Part shown: in pieces, positions 8,695 through 18,228 of the stretch
How the letters are laid out: every line of letters starts with the position of its first letter
How positions within the stretch are numbered: position 1 is the stretch's first letter
DNA from: Psammoneis japonica
Taxonomy: Eukaryota
Direction of reading: 5' to 3'
Assembly (NCBI GenBank): GCA_008632985.1
Contig: QPGO01000067.1
Location: 380,590-400,589, forward strand
Length of the DNA: 20,000 nucleotides
Program-made: the position numbers and the translations under genes
Notes under the pieces: generated by a model
What the model saw: only the letters and a program-made list of their open reading frames with translations
Told to the model about the DNA's origin: nothing
Databases searched by the model: none

Positions 8695-10690
8695 GTTGCA
8701 AAGATCAGCTGCATGACAGCAGCCCAACACAAACAACCAAACTGTGTGGGCTGGCACAGATGTGACAATTTCATTCTTGACAAGAGCCGATTGAGGCCAC
8801 AAAAACTCCTGGCATGAATCTTCTTGTTTGAAAACAGCTGTGCTGCATCTGATTGAAACAACATTCAACATCTGGAGCTGCTGAAAAATGAGAACACACA
8901 AGCAACATGCTTTGGCAATGAAGACCAATGAAGCTGTTCATTTGAGTTGGTTCAAACAATTGGAAACCTGGGAGCAGATTCCACCAACAAAACAACACAA
9001 AAACACAGGAGGATGCATCCAAGCAACACACAAACAATGATGACATTGCAAGGGCACCAACACCCAGAACTCTGCAAATGCCAACAAAAAATGACACAGG
9101 AGAGGCAAGAGGTCAGAAGTGCAACAGAGGAGCAGGCAGCTTCCAGCAACAAAAAACAACAACAAACTGATGCCTTCCTTTTGCACTTTTTTCATTTCTT
9201 GAAACTTGGACAAGTTGACAAAAATGGCCAAGGATGAGAAACAAAGTTCTGCAACATTGCACACAAGTGAGCAGAAAGAGTGGCATTGTGCCACAATTGC
9301 AAAAGAAAACACACCTGGCTGACAACTTCTCTGCTGTCTTTTCCCATGGATTTTGCCTTCACATCTCACAATGAAAAGCTGTCACAAAAATTGACTCTGA
9401 CAGGACAGCAGCTTCAAGAACAGAGGGAGCAAAGGCAGCAGAATGGCAGCATAGAATGAGAGCATGAGAGCATGCACCAAATGGCAAACATTGCCAGGGT
9501 GGAAAGCAAGCGTCATTGGAAACCAAAGCTGCAAAGTGCACGCCACCAGCTGACAAGCAAAATGCCAAAATTGTTGGCAGGCTCCAACCAAACAGCGACA
9601 ATCAGTCAGATCAACTTGGGTGTGTGTGTGCACAGAAATGAACCATGTTTCATTCATTGTGGTCCCCTGCTTTGCCAACTCAGTTGAGGATTGGCAATGC
9701 TTCATCATTCACAGTTGTTGCCCTGTGGTTGCTGAGTTCAAAATGAGTCTTGTCAAGAGCCCATTTTCTGTGAAACCAAATTTTCTTGAGTCTTGTTTCC
9801 TGCTTCACCAATTTAGTGAATTGTTCAAATTGATTGCTCACCATGAATGAGCACTTGACAAGAACACAGGCTTCTTGTCAAGCAAGTTTCAACTGTGTGA
9901 ACAAGAGCGGCTGTGTTTTCCAGACACGTGTGTGGTGTGTGCTTGCACACATCAACACGTCAACAATCTCAAATCAATGTGAGTGTTGGTGGTGCCACTG
10001 ACAACAACAAGCATTGTTGTTGCTTTCATCCTTGAGCACTTCCCCAATCTCCTTGGCTTTTGGGCTCTTGTGTGAGCACAGGTGACTGGCCAAAACAGAA
10101 GCACCGCAAGAGCAGTGCCGCCACACCAGAGCATTTGAGGCATGAGCTGATGGAGACTCCCAAATGGGACCCATTCACTGGTGATAAAGCCAACCAAACT
10201 TGTGCTTGATGCGCTTGGAATGAAGACAATTGCACCCTTGTCTCATTGTTTGTGATGCAGACATTCTTGAGGACCGGAAAACGTGAGAAGTGCGGTGCCT
10301 CTCGAGACAGTTTCGTCATTTGCTCGGCTCATTGTAAACTAAAACATCAATCACAACAATTTCAGCTGGAATCTTGTCAAGTTTTGATGCAACATGCTTT
10401 GCTTGGCAATGGACAACTCCCACATTCTTGGCTTGGAGCGACGAGTTTCATCACATTGTGCCTTTCCAAAGTGTGCGAGCATTCCATCAACACTCAGACA
10501 CAGTCAGTTTTTTAATGATGACTCAGCGAGAAGATTTTTGAACACAATGCTGGTCAGCATGGTAAGGTCTTCAAGGACAAAGGCACTCATCTTCCATCAT
10601 GATCTGGAATCGGTCATGACATGCTTTGCCGCGAGCTGATGCAGGAATGAAGAATCATCGACTGAAAATAAAAATGTCAGTCGTGCATGC
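8695..10690. repeat. Decayed, unidentified repeat/TE-derived DNA; probably continuous with 1-1844 before the copia insertion
   Basis: Same TpA and CpG depletion as 1-1844. The TSD joins the two flanks. No convincing protein motif is readable. Confidence 0.45.
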
Positions 10691-10895
10691 AGGCGCTATC
10701 GGGCGTAGTTTTCTACGCAGGTAGTACGGCGCAGAAGAGGGTACTCGAGCGAACGCCTGTTTCTTTCTTTCGCCCCTCACAAAAAGTTCTCTTTCCGCAC
10801 AATTTATTATTCCAACAAATTATTACTGTTTAGAAAGAGCACACAACCAAGGCACGAGGATAGAAGAAACTTCCTTTATACGATAGTCGCTCATA

Positions 10896-11774
10896 ATGGC
10901 GTCCCTAACCCAAGATTTACCGGATACCACCGAAAGGAAGAACTCGCGTTGGAGGTTCGGACGCTCACAAAATACGGCCGGACTCCATTGCAACACGTGC
11001 GGGGTTCAAACACACAAGCGCAATCGCTTTTCACTGCTTCGTCGCAAATTGGTACCTCTTACCATAGAGAACAGAGTCTTGAATGGACGGTGCCTTTTAT
11101 GTACTGAAGGACCAATGGAGAATGAAATTGCTGAGCCAGACACTGGAACGACCCATGGGAGAGAAGATGACATTAATTTCGAAACCGATCGCTTGGTTGC
11201 CAGCCTGGCAGGCCTTGGTCTACTTCTAACAATCCTTGTCGACGATGAAGAAAATACCGTCAATGACGTTGAGTCTCATGTTGGAATTGAAGAAATTTGT
11301 GAGGAATCACTTGCCGGCGATGTTGTTGAAAACGATGAGGAGAAACCCAACACCACAGACGACGAAATGAAATAATCCTTGGATCCAACCAAGTGTTCCA
11401 TATGCTTATGCGGTGAGGAAGATTTCTCATCCAAAGAAGAGAATTGCGTGGCGACCATTGATGGCTGCAGACATCGGTTTTGTTTCGAGTGCATCAAAGA
11501 GTGGAGTGCTCATGAAAACACCTGCCCGCTTTGCAAGACCCGATTCACGAGGATTTCTACGTTGCGAAAGCACTCGTCCATGTCAGATACAACTGAGATT
11601 GTGCCCCGTAGGGATCAAAGACCAGCCGACGATGACTTGGTTCCGACATTCATCGCTGATGCTTTGAGAGAAATTCTCGTGCAGCTTCTCATGGTTGCGG
11701 AGGAAGAGGATTCTGACGACGACGACGATTCTGTAGCAGCTCAAAGGGCATGGGAAGACTACTTTGGTCCGTAA
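10896..11774 (+). CDS. RING-HC (C3HC4) protein, putative E3 ubiquitin ligase, with an N-terminal CxxC...CxxC domain; interrupted by one in-frame TAA at 11373-11375
   Basis: ORFs 10896-11375 and 11379-11774 share a frame. The RING reads CSIC-x16-C-x-H-x2-C-x2-C-x10-C-x2-C (GCRHRFCFECIKEWSAHENTCPLCK), with an acidic linker and tail. Confidence 0.75.
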
Positions 11775-12196
11775 TCATCATTTGAATCCTATTTTGAATT
11801 CGTCGCCGCACCTGATCGCACTGTTGGTTGGTCTCGATGCATCATGCATCATTGCGTCACTTGCGTCATGCGTGTCTCTCCGATTAGAATCCGACTACAT
11901 AAGTAAAGCCTTGCAGCCTCGTCTCGAGTTCTGCAATCCTCGCATGAACCAGTAGAACACTAACAGAACACTTACGAATACCGTTTCTGCATAATCAACG
12001 AGCTAGCGTACCGGTAGGCAATGAAGGTTAGGTTTATTTGAAAAAACTACATATTTTTTTTTTTTGACGGAGTGGGCCTGTCGGTTTCTGTTTTCATTGT
12101 CGTTGCGGTAGATTTACTATTGACTTTCTTTGTAGATTAGACAATACAATCTGGTAAGATGATCTTCAGATACGAAATAATTTTCCACGACTCCGA

Positions 12197-13354
12197 ATGA
12201 GGCGCGAACTCTGCGCTGCCGCGATCAGGCGCGAATTCATCAGTCGGAGTCACAACCAATTGTTGCTGACACCCGTTGTCTCTGGTACAAAAGCGCAGAA
12301 GAAACACAAGCAACTCCGGAAGCAACAGGGAACGATGAACACGTTGCCAAATAGGTCCATGAATGGCGAAGGCTTTGGCAAAGTCCCAAACAATGCCATG
12401 CCGAACCGTTGGTGGAAAAAGTATAAGCGACAGATGCGATGCAGAAATAATTTTGCAGTCCCGAGTCATGCAAAGAGATTCTCAGCTTTTCCGAATAGAT
12501 TGAATTCCATGAGAATCGAGGGTTCTACCACCGAAGGCTTGTGTCAGTGTCAGTCTTGCCATCCTGAGCTCCAACAACATGATCAGAAAAAAAAGTCTTG
12601 TACAGCTGTAGAAAAGAAACCATCAAGTGATAGAGAGGAGCCGAGCTCGAGCCAGAACGCTGAAACGTGTAGCATATGTAGAGTCGGTGATTTATCCGCT
12701 TATGACAATGCCGCTGCGATCAATGGCTGCCCGCATCTCTTTTGTTTCAAGTGTATTGATGAATGGTCCAAACATGAGAACAGCTGTCCGCTCTGCAAGA
12801 AGCGGTTCACTTGCATTTTCTATCTCTATGCAGGACAAAAGACGAGGGCTTCTGCTTCACCCACCAACGCCCGACTCATTTGCAAACACGTGGAGAGTCG
12901 AAGTCAAGCTCCACCAAGTAACGAACAAGTGTTCATGGATTGGTCTGACCACTTTCACGTTGAAGATGAGGGTGAAAGGCGCGAACGAGATGGCACAGGT
13001 TCAGAGAGCGAAGCGGAAACAAGTTGGAGTCCCTCTGCTCCGGTTGCAGCAGCCGATGAAGATTCAGATCAAGACTCGACGCCATTTGAGCCACCGCCGG
13101 CACCTCCTCAAATTTCGATTGAGGACGAAGATGAAGAGTACTCGAACCTGAATGCGGCTTTTCCCCACCTCCTGGGACTCGAGCCAGAGGAGAAGGAGGA
13201 GGAGCAGGAGCAGGAGTCTCCGCGAGAAGACGGTTCATACGAAGTTGATCATTCGGAGGAGAATCAAGTCGTTTACACTCCTTTTATTACCAGCATCACA
13301 TACATTAGTGACAGTGAAGACACTTCCCATCTTTTGGACGAAGATTTCAGGTGA
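12197..13354 (+). CDS. RING-HC (C3HC4) protein, putative E3 ubiquitin ligase, with a long acidic C-terminus (start may be ATG 12335)
   Basis: 385-aa ORF containing CSICRVGDLSAYDNAAAINGCPHLFCFKCIDEWSKHENSCPLCKKRF at ~12668-12808. Confidence 0.85.
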   Translation: MRRELCAAAIRREFISRSHNQLLLTPVVSGTKAQKKHKQLRKQQGTMNTLPNRSMNGEGFGKVPNNAMPNRWWKKYKRQMRCRNNFAVPSHAKRFSAFPNRLNSMRIEGSTTEGLCQCQSCHPELQQHDQKKKSCTAVEKKPSSDREEPSSSQNAETCSICRVGDLSAYDNAAAINGCPHLFCFKCIDEWSKHENSCPLCKKRFTCIFYLYAGQKTRASASPTNARLICKHVESRSQAPPSNEQVFMDWSDHFHVEDEGERRERDGTGSESEAETSWSPSAPVAAADEDSDQDSTPFEPPPAPPQISIEDEDEEYSNLNAAFPHLLGLEPEEKEEEQEQESPREDGSYEVDHSEENQVVYTPFITSITYISDSEDTSHLLDEDFR

Positions 13355-14045
13355 CACAGATCAGAGGAAGGACCCTGAAGCATCGTTGTTTAAATGCGAG
13401 GCTACATACAAATACACGTCGGAAGACTTTTGCATTTTTGATAGAATACATGCACCATTGACAGATTATACATTGTCCGTAATAAATTTCTTATACGTTT
13501 CTGTGTCTAATTCCCGTTTCGCTCCCCCCACTCTCTAGTAGAAATGCCTAGAGTTGACTTTATTAACGAAACATTCGAAGGCAACGTTTGGATCACATGA
13601 TTTGATCAACATCCGAGCTACTCTCGAGAGAAGTTTCCGTTAGAACATTGAGAGAAAGAGTTATCAGCATCACCTCCAGTTACACGACATTCACCAGGCT
13701 ATGTCGCCTTACAGACAGAGTTCTCCCGTTCTGGCCGAGCTTACCGAAGGGAGGAACATTTGTTTGAGAGTGGTAACTTTGATCAAAATGCGAGCTTCTG
13801 AAGTCTAGAAAGCAGTCTCGGTCGGGACATTGAGCAAGAGCTAACAACATGAGCGGTACTCTACCACGTCCAACTACCTGTAGCTCCAAAAAACATGTCA
13901 TCAGTGTTCCCTCATTTGAGCAGTTTGCGTCCTTACGTACAGTGGATTTCTCTACCGGTGGAGTATACTGATGACAACAAAATGGTTCTAGAGTTTTAAG
14001 ATATTTGGTACCCCACAGAATGAAAATTCAATCCGTTACTGGCTA

Positions 14046-15684
14046 TTACAACTGAGACAAGACTTCGTCAGCAATAGCAATTGTCTTTTCAATGTCTTCA
14101 TCTGTGTGTGCCAACGACATGAAACCAGCCTCGTACATGGAAGGAGCAAGATAGACACCACGTTCCAACATCATGCGGTGCCACTTTCCAAACTTTTCTC
14201 CGTCCGACTCGGAGGCTTGAGAAAAGTTCTTGACGGGCCCTTCGGTAAAGAAGAATCCAAACATTCCTCCGGCAACACCACCGGAAATGGCGTGGCCGTG
14301 CTTTTCTGCGGCAGCGGTAATTCCGTCGACAAGCTTTTGTGCCTTGCGCTCGAGTTCATCATACGTGCCTTCTTCTTTGAGTTTCTTCAGAGTCTCAATA
14401 CCGGCAGTCATGGCAAGGGGATTACCGGAAAGAGTACCGGCTTGGTACATTGGACCGGCGGGAGCAACCATCTCCATGATATCCTTGCGGCCACCGTAGG
14501 CACCAACGGGAAGGCCTCCACCAATAACCTTACCCATGGTGGTGACATCTGGTGTGATTCCAAAGTATTCTTGGGCACCACCATATGAGACACGGAATCC
14601 AGTCATGACTTCGTCAAAGACAAGGAGAGCGCCGTTTTCCTTGGTCAATTCACGGATTCCCTCCAAAAACTCTTGGTCGGGCTTGATGAAACCCGAGTTT
14701 CCAACGACGGGTTCCAAAATGACAGCGGCGATCTCGTCCTTGTTGTCCTCAAAGATTTTCTTGACAGACTCGAGATTGTTGTATTCGGCACAGTACGTGG
14801 CCTGTGTGGCCGAGGCGGGAACACCGGGAGAGTCGGGAAGACCAAGCGTGGCAACACCGGATCCAGCTTGGACCAAAAAGGAATCGGCGTGTCCGTGGTA
14901 GCATCCCTCAAACTTGATTACCTTTTCGCGTCCGGTAAAGGCACGGACAAGACGGATCATTCCCATGCACGCTTCGGTTCCCGAGTTGGTGAATCGCACC
15001 ATTTCGACAGACGGAACGGCGTCAATTACCATTTTGGCCAATTCGTTTTCGAGTGGGCAAGGAGCACCAAAGGATGTGCCCTTTTCCATAGTGGCAGCAA
15101 CAGCCTTGAGTACAGTGTCATCAGCGTGTCCGAGAATGGCCGGTCCCCATGTTCCAACGTAGTCAATGTATTTGTTGTCATCCACGTCCCAAGCATAGGC
15201 GCCCTTGACGTGATCAAAAACGACGGGGTTTCCTCCGACACTCTTGAACGCACGGACCGGAGACGACACACCACCGGGCATGAGCTGAATATAATAGAAG
15301 TGGAAAAGATAAAGAGTGAGAGAAGGTGAGAATGATTTTTTTCGCGTGATTCTTTTGATTTCTCGACAGGCGCCAACGATGAATCTAGCCGACCAAAGAT
15401 TTTCACGGTAGCCAGAGGAACCGGTATGTTTCCAATGGAATTTTAAGCTTTGCAAAGAACGCAAAACAACTCTCTTCCACCTCGCCGTTCTTAATTTTCT
15501 CGACACTCTCACATGATAACACTCACGTTTTGAGCTTCGGCAAAGATTTCTTCACTCTTGGCAAAGTATAAGTTTCCGTCTCGACGGCGCTCATTTTCAG
15601 GCCATTGTTGGAACGAGTACCAAAAGCTGGTGCAAAGGCGGAGGCCGAGCCAACCAAGAGTGCGGATGCGATTGTCAACTTCAT
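14046..15684 (-). CDS. hemL: Glutamate-1-semialdehyde 2,1-aminomutase (GSA-AT), plastid-targeted; exons 15527-15684 and 14046-15284
   Basis: Motifs [40 protein letters not shown], the PLP lysine in TMGKVIGGG, and [10 protein letters not shown]. Exon 1 reads [19 protein letters not shown] (diatom ASAFAP motif). The GTGAGT...TTCAG intron is phase 0. Exon 1 is 158 nt, one base short at ~15563. Confidence 0.97.
15285..15526 (-). other. Spliceosomal intron of the GSA-AT gene (242 bp)
   Basis: Donor GTGAGT follows ...EAQN. A pyrimidine-rich tract and acceptor TTCAG precede LMPGG. Splicing gives the conserved [21 protein letters not shown]. Confidence 0.9.
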
Positions 15685-16276
15685 GGTAATATCTAAACCG
15701 TATTGTTGTTGTCAACCACAGAAATGGATCGGATAGTGGTCTGATGCGACGAGTGAGATGAAGTGTTGCCAAGTTGAAGTCGAAACAACGTGCCAACATA
15801 CGTACGCATGGAAGGAATCCTTCAATTTCAGAACGCAAATGATCTTCCTTCCACGTGTACGGTGGGGATGTAGAAACTAGTATTAATAGTACGCATCCCA
15901 CGTACTGCCAATCAGAGTCTGAGAGGCAATCTTTTTGTTGAAGTTCCTTTTGCGACCCGCGAAAAAGCTGTCGGATTCTTTCAGTCAAGTCAGTCGTTGA
16001 CATGAAAAGGGATCAGGCGGCTGTGCTCCAAAACACTGATTTTCCACGTACGCACAACATACCGGTACTACATCATACCATGGCGACGTTGCGTCGTTTC
16101 CACTGCCGCTGTCAGGTCGCTAAAAATGGGTGAGTCGCATGAGATATTGTTTGTAATTACCTTTACTGTCAACCGTGGGGATGACAACTGCCTATAGCCT
16201 ACTCAGCTTCATCTTGATCTCTGCAGTGACATGCCATCCCTCGTCTACTAGACTTTCATACAGATCAACAAGAATC

Positions 16277-17267
16277 ATGCGACAATTCTTACTCATACTA
16301 TTATACACTCGAGCCGTCCGCTGCACTTTTGCTTTGAGCAGCAGCTACTTATTTCAAAAAGCCCGACCGGAAATCCTCAATCTGCTGAATCATCCGCTGC
16401 AACTCCAGTTGGCGACAGGCGATCTTTCCTTGGGCGCCTTTCAAAGATTAGTTTTGGATCGCAAAGCCATTTTGGAGGGATTAATGCAAGCAACAACAAC
16501 GGGAGGAGAACTGCAGGCAAGCGTGCAAGCCGAATTGGATCGGCACGACAAGGTCCATCAGGAATGGTTGGAGACGGCCAAAGAATCTGGCAAATCAATA
16601 GTCGTGCCAGATATAGAGTGTTTACGTGTGGCGGCCATCACCTCAACATTGATTGCCCACAAGATCAGCAAATTAGTTCTAGCGCTCTCGCTCTGAAATC
16701 ACTGCTGATTTCCAATGGATTGGTGGGTGCTGCTGCCGTCCTTCAATGCCATGGGTTTTGTTGTCGTGCACTCTTGCAGGCCTTTCAAACGTGCTGGAAC
16801 GACAAGAAAATACGATTGAACTCAATCCAGCCTGTCATGGTTGGCTAAAGAGTCATGCGGAGCAATGGTCAGAATTGGGAGAACTCTGTAGTGCTCAACT
16901 GCTGGCACAACAAGATGGTGATTCCGAAGGATACACGGTTTGTCTTTCCATGCTTTACAATTGGATTGACGCCGAAGCGGCAACGACTGGAATTCGTGCC
17001 GATCTAAACGATCCAACCCTTTCAGCATTGCTAGATGAATTGGAACGGTTGGAACCGGGGTATGCTTCACAACGCGATAAACATCAATCCTTTGTGGCAG
17101 ATTTAACCGGCGTTAAGACGGGACAAGCGCTTCAGCAAAGGGCCCTTGACAAGGCGGAAAAAGCTGCAGCCTATCTGGCCGCCAAGAAAAACAAAAATGC
17201 CAAGTTGGATGCAGCACAGGCTTATTTAGCCGCCAAGAAGAAGAAAGAGTCCGAGGGCGATTCATAG
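16277..17267 (+). CDS. Uncharacterised protein with a signal-peptide-like start, TenA/THI-4-like helices and an internal CCHC zinc knuckle; two apparent 1-bp frameshifts
   Basis: Three overlapping ORFs join if one T (~16622) and one A (~16810) are restored in homopolymers. The joined product contains LLNHPLQLQLATGDLSLGAFQRL, ECFTCGGHHLNIDCP, NPACHGWLKSHAE and a duplicated AAxAYLAAKK tail. Confidence 0.7.
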
Positions 17268-17789
17268 CAATGCCATTAAGATGCAAAGAGGAGACAGATC
17301 GCACACGAGATCGCACAGCGAAGTGGCCACCGTGATGATTCTAAGCAACACCGCCACTGTTCAGTAGCTGCATTTCGAAACACTCAAAGCAACCAGGCTG
17401 TGCAAGGATCGCAAGGGCAGCGACAGGGTTGCCGCCGAATTCTACCAAACTCGCATTCTTGTGCTTGAGTGAAGATTTTCTCGATGGCATTTGAACCCAT
17501 CGACTGGAGCTCTGCTTGTTGCAATCTGAAATCCTCAGCAATTCATATTCTTGATGGTTCAGACCTAATTCGGCTTTAAACTTCCCTCTTCTCGGAAATG
17601 TCATTGACAAACGATGGCAGCACCACATCATTGTGTTTGTCCGTATTCTACCCGCACATTCACGTTTCTTTCTAGGAATAGTCTAGCAGCTTTCCAGTGG
17701 GATTCATTCGATTACTATCAGTAGCAAGACGTGAGAGTACATTTAGTCATTAGTTACGTTGGACGACTCGCTCTGCTCTGCGAGTGACT

Positions 17790-17990
17790 GTGTAGGGCCC
17801 CAGCAACTCTAGCTCGCGGTCGCCACTCTAGCTCTCTCCACTCTCTCTAGAGAGGGCCTTCCGGCAGCTAGCTAGCTACTTCTACTCTCTCTAGAGTAGA
17901 GAGCTAGAAGTAGTAGTCTCTACTCTAGAGTAGGGCCCTATCCTGCCTATGCCTAGAAGTATAATACTAGACTCTAACTAGACTAACAGC
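17790..17990. repeat. CTAG/CTCT-rich low-complexity tract with nested palindromes
   Basis: CTCTCTAGAGAG (~17843), AGCTAGCTAGCT (~17866), the CTACTTCTA...TAGAAGTAG inverted repeat (~17876-17913), CTACTCTAGAGTAG (17920-17933) and TAGGGCCCTA (17931-17940). Confidence 0.85.
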
Positions 17991-18228
17991 GAAGAGGCAC
18001 AGGCTCCGAATTTCTAAACCGGCGCCGTATGCAGCTGGTTCGAGACTAAGAGATGATTCCAGATTCCTCCTTCTCCCGTAGAAATTAACGTACGTAGTTT
18101 CTACGAATGCTTTGTACCAACGATCTTCTTGGAACTCCCTGACACAGACGACAGACGCTGAAACAGACCATGGCCTCGAGCCGTTCCTGACTCTCGCCTT
18201 ATTCTTTCTATCTAATCACAACATCACA

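Noticed and set aside
1..10690. Dense overlapping ORFs in all six frames, rich in Cys/His and nearly free of Tyr
   Set aside because: A by-product of TpA loss, which removes TAA/TAG stops. Only the minus-strand gag-pol fragments carry recognisable motifs.
14106..15329. Plus-strand ORFs opposite GSA-AT, and antisense ORFs over LUC7
   Set aside because: Antisense shadows of codon-biased genes with no motifs.
15285..16003. N-terminal 75 aa of ORF 14046-15512, and ORF 15509-16003 as a separate gene
   Set aside because: The first is translated intron. The second is mostly upstream or off-frame sequence overlapping GSA-AT exon 1.
17341..17631. 96-aa minus-strand ORF
   Set aside because: Short, with no recognisable domain or coding-like composition.
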